A stretch of 64,000 nucleotides of DNA from contig CAMDBA010000003.1 in the NCBI GenBank assembly GCA_945888995.1, positions 64,279-128,278 of the forward strand, in the 5' to 3' direction. Shown here piece after piece: positions 23,111 through 33,108 of this stretch (positions are counted from its first letter, which is position 1; the number at the start of each line of letters is the position of its first letter). The notes under the pieces were generated by a model. That model did no database searches, was not told where the DNA came from, and saw only the letters and a program-made list of their open reading frames with translations. Both the position numbers and the translations under genes were made by a program. The stretch is from a bacterium UBP8_UBA817 (GTDB lineage: Bacteria > Margulisbacteria > Marinamargulisbacteria > CAMDBA01).

Positions 23111-24004
23111 CTAAGACGTCCTCTGAGTCAAATACCCAATAAGATCTTCCAGAACCGCCGATGATCTCGGCCTAATCGCATCCAGACATACAAGCGCGGC
23201 ATCAGCTTCAGCCTGGGCAAGACTCCGAGCCTTATCCAGCCCCCAGTAAGAGACATAGGTAAGCTTGTTCTGAGCAATATCTTTTTGAATAGATTTTCCC
23301 AATTCATCCTGGCTACCGACGACATCCAAAATATCATCGACAATCTGAAACAGCATGCCCAGATGCTCACCAAATTGAGCCAAATACGCACGTTCAGTTG
23401 CACTAGCATCCTCCAGATAAGCTGGCAACACAATGCAAGTTTTGAGCAACACGCCGGTCTTAAGCCGATGCGTTGTTTCCAGATAATCCACATCCCGCTC
23501 TGCTTCAGGAGATTTCAAATCCAGCACCTGACCGCCCGCCATTCCCAATATTCCCAATGCCTGAGCAAACTCTCGGATCACATGCAGCGTTTTTTCCAAG
23601 GAATAGTAACGCGGTAATTCCTGCGCCAATAATTCAAATGCATATGTATTTAGCGTATCACCGGCCAGAACTGCGATATCCTCGCCGAATTTTTTATGGC
23701 ATGTCAGCTGCCCACGCCGATAATCATCATCATCCATAGCAGGCAAATCATCATGAATTAAAGAATAGACATGAATCAGCTCTACCGCGCAAGCAAGAGG
23801 TAAAATGCGGTCGATATCCGAAGAAAACAACTGAAATACCGCCAACGCAAGCAATGGTCGGATCCGTTTACCAGGAGCCATAACGCTATACCGCATCGCA
23901 TTCGCCAAAAGATACCGCGGATCGGAGAGCTCAAAATGCAGTGTTTTTTGCAAACAAGCTTCGAGAGTCGGCTTATATTGTTCGGAAAACGCAATAAAAC
24001 TCAT
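23111..24004 (-). CDS. ispA: polyprenyl (farnesyl/geranylgeranyl) diphosphate synthase
   Basis: First Asp-rich motif DDLPAMDDDDYRRG and second FQIVDDILD. Confidence 0.9.
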   Translation of the reverse strand: MSFIAFSEQYKPTLEACLQKTLHFELSDPRYLLANAMRYSVMAPGKRIRPLLALAVFQLFSSDIDRILPLACAVELIHVYSLIHDDLPAMDDDDYRRGQLTCHKKFGEDIAVLAGDTLNTYAFELLAQELPRYYSLEKTLHVIREFAQALGILGMAGGQVLDLKSPEAERDVDYLETTHRLKTGVLLKTCIVLPAYLEDASATERAYLAQFGEHLGMLFQIVDDILDVVGSQDELGKSIQKDIAQNKLTYVSYWGLDKARSLAQAEADAALVCLDAIRPRSSAVLEDLIGYLTQRTS

Positions 24005-24207
24005 AGCATCTCCGTCGCGATTACCGCATCTCCCTGAACTTTCAGGACCCTCACTTTGTCTTCGATTTTATTGAGTTGTTTGAGAGCAGCGCCCCCCAGC
24101 TTAACGGCCTTAGCATACTTATCGACGGCTGAATCCAGATCGATATCTTCGCTTTCCAGCTCTTCTAATAACGTTTCCAGCTGCTGAACGGTTTTTTGAA
24201 AAGTCAT
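24001..24207 (-). CDS. xseB: exodeoxyribonuclease VII small subunit
   Basis: 68-aa helical protein (LETLLEELESEDIDLDSAV) immediately after xseA with an overlapping stop/start. Confidence 0.9.
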   Translation of the reverse strand: MTFQKTVQQLETLLEELESEDIDLDSAVDKYAKAVKLGGAALKQLNKIEDKVRVLKVQGDAVIATEML

Positions 24208-25343
24208 AATTTTTTTTCAACTTTTGATTGAAATTGTCCATCTTTAAGGGTCGTAATGACCGAATCATCAGACCGGATTTGGGTAATAGATGTGATCACC
24301 TCTCTGGTACTCAAAAGCCTGGTTATACTATAGCCTTGCTGTAATTTATGCAAGGGATTCGTCAGGGCCAGGCGATCCAATAAACGGTCAACAAGCGCTT
24401 TTTCAGACGTTATTTTTCGATCAAGCCCACGCTCAAAATCGGATAAAATCATCATCAGTTGATCACGACGCGATTCGCAAATCCCCCTAACTTTTTCACC
24501 GACATACGTCACGATCTTTATCAGCCCTTCCCGCAATTTCGCATAAGGCGCGGCCACGAGCTGAGCCGCGGCTGTCGGGGTCGCCGCCCGATAATCCGCG
24601 ACAAAATCCACCAACGTATAATCTACTTCATGGCCGATCGCAGATATCACCGGAATCGAACAAGCAAAAACACGTCGAACCAGCGCTTCATCATTAAACC
24701 CAGCAAGGTCTTCAGCGGATCCACCACCCCGCAGCAATACCAGAACATCCAATTCACCGAAACGCTCTGCCATCTCAATCCCGGACATCACGGACCCGGC
24801 ACACCCTGGCCCTTGTACGACAGACGGAATAATATAAAAAATGAGATGGGGAGCCTGCGACCGTGCAATCGAAACAAAATCCCACATCGCCGCAGAATCA
24901 GGCGCAGTCAGTAGACCAATACGCTGACAATAAAGCGGAATCGACACCTTGTGATCGGGATCAAAAAGCCCTTCGGCAACTAACTTTTTTTTCAATGCCT
25001 CAATCGACTTGGATTGATCTCCCTGACCGCTTTTCGTCAAATACGCGATCTGAAAGGTGTAGGTACCCTTCTTCTGAAAGGTTTTAATCTTTCCCCTCGC
25101 AATAACCGTCAGACCGTTCTCGAGTTTAAATCCGATATTTTTAAAAAACGTCCCGTATACCACGCAATTAATACAGGATTGACCGTCAGACAAATTAAAA
25201 TAAATCTGCTCACCCAAGGCATAAAATTTGAGATTCGTAATCTCACCGACAATCCATATATCCTGCAAAACCGGATCTGTTTCCAGACATTGTTTAATAT
25301 AGGCATTGACCTGGGTGACCGAAAACTTCGACGAGTCCATCAT
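24204..25343 (-). CDS. xseA: exodeoxyribonuclease VII large subunit
   Basis: N-terminal OB fold (WIVGEITNLK), catalytic core (RGGGSAEDL, SAIGHEVD). 379 aa. Confidence 0.92.
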   Translation of the reverse strand: MMDSSKFSVTQVNAYIKQCLETDPVLQDIWIVGEITNLKFYALGEQIYFNLSDGQSCINCVVYGTFFKNIGFKLENGLTVIARGKIKTFQKKGTYTFQIAYLTKSGQGDQSKSIEALKKKLVAEGLFDPDHKVSIPLYCQRIGLLTAPDSAAMWDFVSIARSQAPHLIFYIIPSVVQGPGCAGSVMSGIEMAERFGELDVLVLLRGGGSAEDLAGFNDEALVRRVFACSIPVISAIGHEVDYTLVDFVADYRAATPTAAAQLVAAPYAKLREGLIKIVTYVGEKVRGICESRRDQLMMILSDFERGLDRKITSEKALVDRLLDRLALTNPLHKLQQGYSITRLLSTREVITSITQIRSDDSVITTLKDGQFQSKVEKKL

Positions 25344-26090
25344 TTATATGGTGCTATTACGGAGGGCTAAAATAGCATTTCGGGTTTGATCCATCAATGA
25401 AGCCGCCAGCTGTTTTTTAGACATTACACCGACTTGGGCTTCTGCCGGATAAATCGGCTCACCGAACACCACCGTTACCGTCCCGGGGGTCACGGCAAGC
25501 TGGTTCTTTTTATTGATCTTGTTCGTACCGCTAATATAGCAGGGCACAATCGGCACACCGGCTTCCAAGGCAACAGAAAACAGCCCCCGCTTAAATGGCA
25601 AAACCGTCTCATCGCTAGACCGGGTACCTTCTGCAAAACCTAAAATCGAACGGCCTTGAGCAAGAAATGCATTCAAACCACCCAAGGTCTCCATCGCCTG
25701 CCGGCCATTCTGGCGGTCAATCGTGATATGTTTTTGTATTTTAATATCGGTCCCGATAATAGGCGCACTCATCAGTTCTTTTTTTGCAATAAATGAAAAC
25801 TTCACGGGGATTAATGAAACATAAACCAGAATATCCAGCAAACTTTGGTGATTTGAAATAATCATAACGGCCCGGTCACGCGGAAAAAGGTCCAAACCCG
25901 ACACCTTCATCTTGATTCCGATTAACCAAAACCCCATCTTTATGAATGGCTGACTCGCTCTGAGATGCGCATATGCACGGTCACGAAACATGAGGCTATA
26001 CACAAAAGCGACAACAAAATGCAGTGAAAATCCCACAATAATAATGGTCCAAGAATAAATCGTGAATAACGTCCGAAAAGCCGAATTCAT
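25344..26090 (-). CDS. plsC: 1-acyl-sn-glycerol-3-phosphate acyltransferase
   Basis: Acyltransferase motifs NHQSLLD (HX4D) and FAEGTRS. The ATG at 26090 forms an ATGA overlap with the gltX stop, and the longer ORF to 26141 would overlap gltX by 55 nt. Confidence 0.85.
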   Translation of the reverse strand: MNSAFRTLFTIYSWTIIIVGFSLHFVVAFVYSLMFRDRAYAHLRASQPFIKMGFWLIGIKMKVSGLDLFPRDRAVMIISNHQSLLDILVYVSLIPVKFSFIAKKELMSAPIIGTDIKIQKHITIDRQNGRQAMETLGGLNAFLAQGRSILGFAEGTRSSDETVLPFKRGLFSVALEAGVPIVPCYISGTNKINKKNQLAVTPGTVTVVFGEPIYPAEAQVGVMSKKQLAASLMDQTRNAILALRNSTI

Positions 26091-27364
26091 ACGCCCAGAC
26101 TCTCCTGTCTCGCCAAAAATGTGTTCAAACGTCGAATACAAGCCTCTTTTCCAACGGCCATCATCAAGTCAAACAATCCCGGCCCGACCGTGCCACCGGT
26201 GAGCGCAAGACGAGTCGGATGAATCAATTCAGCCGGCTTGAAGTCCAGTTTATCTGCGACATCACGAAGCTGGTATTCCAAGCGCATCGGATCAAACACG
26301 GTATTCTCATCTATTTTTTTAACCCATATCGCCAAGGCGGACCGGGTATGAGGCTTAATAAATTTAGCCACACCTTTCGGATCAAATTCATCGGGGTCAT
26401 TCAAAATCCGATCTACGTGATCCGCCACTTCCAAAAGCGTCTGACATTTTGGCCTGACTAAATCAACATGAGCCTCATAGCCAGCATACGGCCGCCCAGT
26501 CACATCCGAAATCGCCTGAACAATCTCGCCTAACGGCGTCGACTTAATATGCTGACCGTTGATCCAATAGAGCTTTTGCAGATCAAAAACAGCCGGATTT
26601 TTTGATACTCTCTTCAGATCAAATTTCGCCAGTAGATCTTCATCATCAAAAACTTCCTGGTTCTCATGCCCCCACCCAAGACGAGCGAGAAAATTACGCA
26701 TCGCAATAGGCAAAATACCCATTTTCTTATACTCATCTACCCCCGACGCGCCATGCCGTTTAGAGAGGGGTTGTTTATCCGTGCCTAAAATCATCGGAAG
26801 ATGCGCAAAAACCGGAACCTCAAAGCCCAAGGCCCGAAACAATAAGATATGCTTCGGCGTATTGGCCAAATGATCCATACCCCGAATCACATGCGTAATC
26901 GACATCAACGCATCGTCCACCACAACCGCCAAATGATAGGTGGGAGAGCCATCTTGTTTTCGGATCACAAAATCCGTCATTTCCTTTGCGGGAAACCGAA
27001 CACTACCTAAAATCAAATCGTCGACTACAACCGCTTCCGTTGTTTTAGCTCTAAAATAAATAGCGCCGTCTTTCTCATACGCCTTGTCCGCATCGAGTAA
27101 CCGGCGGCAATAATCGTGGTAAAGATCAAAACGCTCGGATTGATAAAAAGGCCCTTCATCTGCCGTCAAACCCAGAAATGACAAGCCGTCTAAAATCTGA
27201 ATGGCCGACGCCTCCGAAGAACGCTGGATGTCGGTATCCTCTATTCTCAAAACAAACTCCCCGCCGCTTTGACGGGCAAACAACCAACTATAAAGTGCGG
27301 TTCTGGCACCGCCTACATGCAAATATCCCGTCGGGGAAGGAGCAAACCGTGTTCTGATCTTCAC
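26087..27364 (-). CDS. gltX: glutamate--tRNA ligase
   Basis: Class I HIGH-type motif PSPTGYLHVGG and KMSKS-type LSKRHG. GluRS N-terminal pattern RFAPSPTG. 425 aa. Confidence 0.93.
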   Translation of the reverse strand: MKIRTRFAPSPTGYLHVGGARTALYSWLFARQSGGEFVLRIEDTDIQRSSEASAIQILDGLSFLGLTADEGPFYQSERFDLYHDYCRRLLDADKAYEKDGAIYFRAKTTEAVVVDDLILGSVRFPAKEMTDFVIRKQDGSPTYHLAVVVDDALMSITHVIRGMDHLANTPKHILLFRALGFEVPVFAHLPMILGTDKQPLSKRHGASGVDEYKKMGILPIAMRNFLARLGWGHENQEVFDDEDLLAKFDLKRVSKNPAVFDLQKLYWINGQHIKSTPLGEIVQAISDVTGRPYAGYEAHVDLVRPKCQTLLEVADHVDRILNDPDEFDPKGVAKFIKPHTRSALAIWVKKIDENTVFDPMRLEYQLRDVADKLDFKPAELIHPTRLALTGGTVGPGLFDLMMAVGKEACIRRLNTFLARQESLGV

Positions 27365-27563
27365 GCAAGAATCGCCTCCGAATCAAATTATAGAAAAACC
27401 CTATCATATCATACAGAAAGTGGCGTATTACGAATACTTTCTGAGAAATCCGGAAGGTATAAAAAATGGCTATATGCCAGGCCGAGTGAGCACAAACACG
27501 AAGGTCTATCATGCATTCGAGCGGAGCGCTAAGCCCGCAGATAGTCATTTTTATACCTTCCAT

Positions 27564-27593
27564 TTGATTTCTTGGTAGAAATAAGTTTAAAAT
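27564..27593 (+). promoter_or_regulatory. weak sigma70-type promoter candidate for glgP
   Basis: TTGATT (27564-27569), 18-nt spacer, TAAAAT (27588-27593). The ATG at 27604 follows closely. Confidence 0.3.
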
Positions 27594-27603
27594 TGATAGC
27601 ATT

Positions 27604-30174
27604 ATGAATAAACTAAAATCGTTCAGCGTTCTCGCCAATATTCCAGACAAACTCGCACCCTTGAAAACCCTTGCTTCAAATCTTTGGTTTTCTTGGAATT
27701 TCTCAGCTATTGACGTCTTCCGCAGATTGGATCCGGACAGATGGGAAAAATCCCGAAGCAATCCTAAGTTCCTTCTCAATACCATCCCACAGGAGAAATA
27801 TAACAAAGCCCTTCTCGATGAGAGCTTCCTCTCTTATATGCATACCGTATTTAAAAAATATGTCGAATATTTCAGTGATGAAACCTGGTATTCGCATCAA
27901 TACAGCCACGTCAAACAAGAAAAAAATCACGTTATCGCCTACTTTTCATTAGAATTCGGACTGGATGAGAGCCTTCCGATTTATTCAGGCGGTCTTGGGA
28001 TTTTAGCCGGAGATCACTTAAAAGCAGCCAGCGATCTTGGACTCCCTTTAATTGGTGTCGGATTGCTGTATCGCCAAGGATATTTCAAACAATATTTAAA
28101 CAGCGACGGATGGCAGCAGGAACTCTATCCTGACAGTGATTTCTTCAATATTCCCGTACAGCCCATGCTCGACAATGATCAAAACCCTTATATTATCGAA
28201 GTTCAGTGCAAAACAACGACCATTTATTGCCAATTATGGAGATCGGACGTCGGCCGGGTCCCATTGCTCTTACTAGATGCCAACATTCCTCAAAACTCCC
28301 CTGAAGACCGATTGATCACGTCCAGATTATACGGCGGAGATATCGAGATGCGGATTAAACAGGAAATCCTGATCGGAATCGGCGGCCTGCGGGCACTTGA
28401 AAGAGCCGGGTACAATCCGATTGTTTGCCATATGAATGAAGGACATGCCGCATTTCTATCGCTCGAGCGTATCCGGTCCTTAATGGCCAAACACCAATTA
28501 AGCCTCGGAGAAGCAAAAGAACTCGTAAAAGCCACCAATGTGTTTACGACACACACACCGGTTCCTGCCGGAAATGATCGGTTTGAAATCGATATCGTCT
28601 ATAGCTATCTCGAAGGGCTCCTCAACGAAATCGGCATGTCTAAACAAGGGTTATTTGATCTCGCCAGAGAAAAATATGAAGAAAACAAAGAACTCTTTTG
28701 CATGACCGTCTTAGCGCTTAATATGGCGGCATTTTCGAATGGCGTGAGTGAACTACATGGATTTGTTTCCCGCAAAATGTGGCAGAAAATCTGGCCGGAA
28801 CTTCCGGAATCCGAGATTCCGATCCAACACATCACCAACGGTATTCATATCAGAACTTGGATCAGCCATGATCTTGGTGATCTGTATGACCGCTACCTTG
28901 GCCCAAAATGGGGCCGAGATCCCGAAGAAACCGAAATCTGGAACCGCGTCCACAATATCCCCGACATCGAATTATGGGGAACCCATGAACGCCGCCGTGA
29001 ACGGTTGGTATCTTTCGCGCGCCGAAGATTGACCGACCAGTTTGCCCGTCGCGGCGCAACGATCGGCGATATTAAATCCGCGCAAGAAGTCCTAAATCCT
29101 AAGGCCCTAACCATCGGATTTGCGAAACGATTCGCGACATACAAGCGCGCAGCCTTGATCTTCAGCGACCTCGATCGGCTCAAGAAAATTTTATGCAATG
29201 ACAAACAGCCCGTTCAGCTAATCTTTTCCGGAAAAGCACATCCGCTGGATAATCCTGGAAAACGATTTATCCAAATGATCGTTCATTATGCCAGATTGCC
29301 TGAATTCAAAAACAAAATCGTCTTTATCGAAGATTATGATATGAATGTCGGACGGTACCTGGTTCAGGGATGCGATGTTTGGCTCAACAACCCACGCCGC
29401 CCTCTTGAAGCCAGTGGAACTTCTGGAATGAAAGCAGCCGCCAACGGGGTTCTTAATTTAAGCGTTTTGGACGGTTGGTGGGTAGAAGCCTACAACCACG
29501 ATAACGGCTGGGCCATCGGCTCAGGCGAAGAATATGATGACGAAAATGTCCAAGACGAAGTCGAGAGCATGAACATTTATGACCTGCTAGAAGAAGAAGT
29601 CATCCCGATGTTCTACAAACGGGGCGTCGATGGATTGCCACGAGACTGGATCAATCGAATGAAGAACTGCATCAGCTCCATTTCTCCGGTATTTAATACG
29701 ACTAGAATGGTCTCTGAGTATGCAAAGAAATTCTACATTCCCTGCTTAGAATCCTACAATACACTGACCGCCAATGATTTCGGCCAGCTTAAAAACTTCA
29801 CAAACTGGATTAACACTGTCCGCCATCACTGGGGAGATGTCCTGGTCTTACGAGCAGATTCAAGCAGTGCTTCCTTACTCAAGGTCGGCGATCAAAGTGT
29901 GATTACGGCGACCCTTCAAATCCATCAACTGGCACCTCAGGACATTAAAGTGGAGTTATATTACGGTTTATTGGATTCGAATGATAAAATCGAAAAATCA
30001 TACTCCGTCCCAATGGCGATCAAAGAAACCCTCGAGAACAACCACTATCTCTATGAGGCCACTCTCACCTGCGAATCTTCGGGTAAGTACGGATATGCCG
30101 TCCGGGCACTACCTCATCACCCCTTGATGTCAGGCGGATTTGAACCACGGCTCATCACCTGGAACATCGAATAA
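27604..30174 (+). CDS. glgP: alpha-glucan phosphorylase (GT35, DUF3417-type N-terminus)
   Basis: 856 aa. N-terminal LASNLWFSWN region and PLP-site context EASGTSGMKAAANG. Confidence 0.9.
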   Translation: MNKLKSFSVLANIPDKLAPLKTLASNLWFSWNFSAIDVFRRLDPDRWEKSRSNPKFLLNTIPQEKYNKALLDESFLSYMHTVFKKYVEYFSDETWYSHQYSHVKQEKNHVIAYFSLEFGLDESLPIYSGGLGILAGDHLKAASDLGLPLIGVGLLYRQGYFKQYLNSDGWQQELYPDSDFFNIPVQPMLDNDQNPYIIEVQCKTTTIYCQLWRSDVGRVPLLLLDANIPQNSPEDRLITSRLYGGDIEMRIKQEILIGIGGLRALERAGYNPIVCHMNEGHAAFLSLERIRSLMAKHQLSLGEAKELVKATNVFTTHTPVPAGNDRFEIDIVYSYLEGLLNEIGMSKQGLFDLAREKYEENKELFCMTVLALNMAAFSNGVSELHGFVSRKMWQKIWPELPESEIPIQHITNGIHIRTWISHDLGDLYDRYLGPKWGRDPEETEIWNRVHNIPDIELWGTHERRRERLVSFARRRLTDQFARRGATIGDIKSAQEVLNPKALTIGFAKRFATYKRAALIFSDLDRLKKILCNDKQPVQLIFSGKAHPLDNPGKRFIQMIVHYARLPEFKNKIVFIEDYDMNVGRYLVQGCDVWLNNPRRPLEASGTSGMKAAANGVLNLSVLDGWWVEAYNHDNGWAIGSGEEYDDENVQDEVESMNIYDLLEEEVIPMFYKRGVDGLPRDWINRMKNCISSISPVFNTTRMVSEYAKKFYIPCLESYNTLTANDFGQLKNFTNWINTVRHHWGDVLVLRADSSSASLLKVGDQSVITATLQIHQLAPQDIKVELYYGLLDSNDKIEKSYSVPMAIKETLENNHYLYEATLTCESSGKYGYAVRALPHHPLMSGGFEPRLITWNIE

Positions 30175-30188
30175 GACGATACCTCCAA

Positions 30189-30222
30189 GCGTGCATTTTC
30201 TAATACAGGAAATGCGCGCTTT
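30189..30222. terminator. intrinsic terminator after glgP
   Basis: 12-bp stem GCGTGCATTTTC (30189-30200) / GGAAATGCGCGC (30208-30219) with two G-U pairs and a 7-nt loop, followed by TTT. Confidence 0.55.
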
Positions 30223-30239
30223 AAGTGCCTAAACCCGAT

Positions 30240-30452
30240 TTAAAGGCCTAAATTCCGCCTCAGTATTTCATCTGAGAATCCACCAAGAGTAGGATCGATA
30301 GACGCAGATGAAGGGGCTTTTTCAGGAGAGGCAACACCGCCAAATTGAATCGGCACTTCCTGTTTTTTGATAACTTTTTGCCGTGAGGCTAAATCTGCTC
30401 TAAGCTGCGCTGATTCTTCTTTCCATAATTTCTTTTGCTCGTCTTGTGTCAT
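30240..30452 (-). CDS. hypothetical small protein (70 aa)
   Basis: GAGG Shine-Dalgarno 5 nt upstream of the ATG. Lies directly downstream of the M50 protease gene on the same strand. No recognisable motif. Confidence 0.5.
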   Translation of the reverse strand: MTQDEQKKLWKEESAQLRADLASRQKVIKKQEVPIQFGGVASPEKAPSSASIDPTLGGFSDEILRRNLGL

Positions 30453-30463
30453 AACAACCTCGC

Positions 30464-31084
30464 TTATGGCAGTAAAAGAGATAAAATCGGTGGCAGAAAA
30501 AATGAGAAAACAAGATTAAAAAGCCCCAAATAAGCAAGGCCAAATACGATTAAAATACCGTAAGGCTCCATTTTATCCATAGCATGGCGCCAAGCTTCCG
30601 GAAGAAACGGCGCGATGATACGGGAACCATCTAACGGAGGAATCGGACAAAGATTAAAAACAGCTAGCACAATATTCAGCTGAATCGTCAGAATCAATCC
30701 AATTCCAACAACCGATACTGCCCCGAGTGGAATCCCCGCATATAATGCCTTAAGAATCAGGCTGGCCACAAATGCAATCGTCAAATTAGTTAAAGGTCCG
30801 GCCAGCGCCACCCACATCATATCGACTACTGGGCGTTTGAAATATCTCGAATTCACAGGAACCGGCTTCGCCCAACCAATAAAAACGGAAGAGCCCGTTA
30901 ACAAAAAAACCGCCGGCAGCAAGACAGATCCGATAGGGTCAATATGAGGAATCGGATTAAGCGTCAGTCGCCCGGCCATTCGTGCAGTCGGATCTCCAAA
31001 GCGGGCCGCCACGTACCCATGGGCAATTTCGTGAAAAATCACCGAAATAATCAAAATCACAAATTGAAAAACAAGAGAAATCAT
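30464..31084 (-). CDS. site-2 protease family (M50) membrane metalloprotease
   Basis: HEIAHG zinc motif inside TM helix 1, multiple TM helices, and a PPLDG motif. Confidence 0.85.
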   Translation of the reverse strand: MISLVFQFVILIISVIFHEIAHGYVAARFGDPTARMAGRLTLNPIPHIDPIGSVLLPAVFLLTGSSVFIGWAKPVPVNSRYFKRPVVDMMWVALAGPLTNLTIAFVASLILKALYAGIPLGAVSVVGIGLILTIQLNIVLAVFNLCPIPPLDGSRIIAPFLPEAWRHAMDKMEPYGILIVFGLAYLGLFNLVFSFFLPPILSLLLP

Positions 31085-31091
31085 AGTCCCA

Positions 31092-31982
31092 TTATGCCCT
31101 AGGATGGGCTTGTTGATAAGCCTGTCTCAATCTCGCCCGTGACACATGGGTATAAATTTCAGTTGTTGCGATATCCGCATGTCCCAATAATTCCTGAACC
31201 TCCCTGAGATCTGCACCACCTTCCAAAAGATGACTGGCAAAGGCATGACGCAGAGTATGCGGAGATGCTTTTTGGGTAATACCCGCGGCCCTCAAGTAAA
31301 GTTTAATCAATCCATACACCGCTTGGCGGGTAAGTGGATTCCCCCGGGAACTTAAAAACAATTTTCCGGCGCCTCCTTGTGAGGAGAAGTCTGGATATTC
31401 GGATTTCAGGTAGGCCAAAATCGAAGCTTTTGCACGTTGACCCAACGGCACGATCCGCTCCTTATCGCCTTTACCCAATACCCTAAGAAACTGTGTTTCC
31501 TCGTGAAACTGACCGACATCCAGTGCGATCAGCTCCGACACACGTAATCCGCATGAATAAAACAACTCAATCATCGCCCGATCCCGCAAAGGGGTCATCT
31601 TTGACTGATCAGTCGCGTCAATCAACCTTTCGACCTGTGACAGCTGAAGTGACCCCGGGAGCCTCGAAGCCCGCTTCGGCCTGACTACCAGTGTGTCTAA
31701 GCCGTCACCCAGCACGTTTTCCAAAAATAAATATTTAGCAAAAGTCCGGACGGCCGAAAGTTTACGGTTTATCGTATTTAAAAGACGTTTCTTCTGATAG
31801 AGATTCACACAAAACGCCGAGATCTCTTCCGAAACAAGCATACGATCTTCCAGAAACAACATAAATTCCGTCAAATCCGATCGGTATGAAATAACCGTGT
31901 TTACAGAAAGTCCTTTTTGATAGGTCAGGAAATGAAAAAATCCATCTAAATACACTGCTTTTTTTCGGGGGTCGTATCCCAT
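31092..31982 (-). CDS. xerD: site-specific tyrosine recombinase XerD/XerC
   Basis: Catalytic region HTLRHAFASHLL...LLGHADIATTEIYTHV with a C-terminal RLRQAYQQAHPRA like XerD. The ATG at 31982 has an AAGGGA RBS, whereas the ORF extension to 32015 overlaps the upstream gene. Confidence 0.85.
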   Translation of the reverse strand: MGYDPRKKAVYLDGFFHFLTYQKGLSVNTVISYRSDLTEFMLFLEDRMLVSEEISAFCVNLYQKKRLLNTINRKLSAVRTFAKYLFLENVLGDGLDTLVVRPKRASRLPGSLQLSQVERLIDATDQSKMTPLRDRAMIELFYSCGLRVSELIALDVGQFHEETQFLRVLGKGDKERIVPLGQRAKASILAYLKSEYPDFSSQGGAGKLFLSSRGNPLTRQAVYGLIKLYLRAAGITQKASPHTLRHAFASHLLEGGADLREVQELLGHADIATTEIYTHVSRARLRQAYQQAHPRA

Positions 31983-31990
31983 TTTTATTT

Positions 31991-32956
31991 TTATCCCTTG
32001 GTTTGATCCAGCCATGCCCGAACGTCATTAAATACCTGTTCTCGATTTAGTTCATTGAGACTTTCATGTCTCCCATTCGGATAAATGGCCACATCCACAG
32101 TCTTAATACCCGCGTCTAAATAGTGCCTCACCCATGTTTTGAGTTGTTTCGCAGAGTCGGACACCGGATCTTTTTCCCCGGAAAAAATATAAAAAGGTAG
32201 TGATGTCGGGATCATCGAAAGGCGGTCAGGATCGGTAATATATAAAAGCCCGCCGAATAAATCGATATAAAACTGATAAGAGCATACAAATCCACACCAA
32301 GGATCACGGCAATATCGATCGACCCTATCCGTGTCCCGGCTCAACCAGTCGAATGGTGTCCGGACAGGCTTAAACTGTTGATTATAAGGGCCAAACAAGC
32401 GAGATTGGAGCCACTTTGCAGGACTTTTCTTTTTGAATAATCGCCCAGACCCACGCGCCATCTCTAATCCCAAAACCAATTTGTACCGAGGCTCAAAAGA
32501 CGTACCGGACAATAAAACTCCCGATAAATATTCGCCATACAAAATCGCCACATGCTGAGCAACAAAGCTCCCCATACTATGCCCTAAAAGAAAAATAGGC
32601 GCTTTAGGGTGTGTCCTTAGGCAATAATCAATTAAAGTCCGGGCATCATCCACAATGATTTGCCACCCGTCATGCGCGCCTAAATACCCCCACTCCCCAC
32701 TGTCTGCAGCAGTCTGTCCATGCCCTCGTTGATCAGGCGCATATACAACATACCCCGCAGAAGCCAAATACAGCGCAAAGTCAGAATATCGCCCCGCATG
32801 CTCGGCCATCCCATGCAGCAAGATCAATATCCCGCGCAAAGGACGCTCAACGGCTGGTGTCCACACATAAGTAGTCACCAACACCCCATCTTTCCCGGCA
32901 AGCTTAAAAGACGACATAGGCATGCCATACATCATATCACACCCCCTCCCCATCAA
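31991..32956 (-). CDS. alpha/beta hydrolase (lysophospholipase/monoacylglycerol lipase-like)
   Basis: Oxyanion HG (LLHGMAEH) and nucleophile elbow GHSMGS. 321 aa. Confidence 0.85.
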   Translation of the reverse strand: MMGRGCDMMYGMPMSSFKLAGKDGVLVTTYVWTPAVERPLRGILILLHGMAEHAGRYSDFALYLASAGYVVYAPDQRGHGQTAADSGEWGYLGAHDGWQIIVDDARTLIDYCLRTHPKAPIFLLGHSMGSFVAQHVAILYGEYLSGVLLSGTSFEPRYKLVLGLEMARGSGRLFKKKSPAKWLQSRLFGPYNQQFKPVRTPFDWLSRDTDRVDRYCRDPWCGFVCSYQFYIDLFGGLLYITDPDRLSMIPTSLPFYIFSGEKDPVSDSAKQLKTWVRHYLDAGIKTVDVAIYPNGRHESLNELNREQVFNDVRAWLDQTKG

Positions 32957-33108
32957 AAATCACCATTCGGTAACAATATGAGCTCAGAATAGGGCGAAGC
33001 GTATAGGGGAATAGGCAAGGCATTTTGAGCACGAACCGGAGGTATAGCCGCGCTATATCGAGGATTCGCGCGGAAAAATAACGCCGAATATTCTCCTATA
33101 CGCAAGCC

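Noticed and set aside
26087-27364. gltX seemed short (425 aa), so it might be a truncated gene or GluQ-RS
   Set aside because: The HIGH and KMSKS motifs are present, as is a typical GluRS C-terminal end (LTGGTVGPGLFDLMMAVGKE...RL). It is too long for GluQ-RS and there are no internal stops.
27288-27806. 172-aa minus-strand ORF spanning the gltX 5' end, the intergenic region and the glgP 5' end
   Set aside because: It overlaps two well-supported genes on both sides and has no motif, so it is most likely a chance ORF across an AT-rich divergent promoter region.
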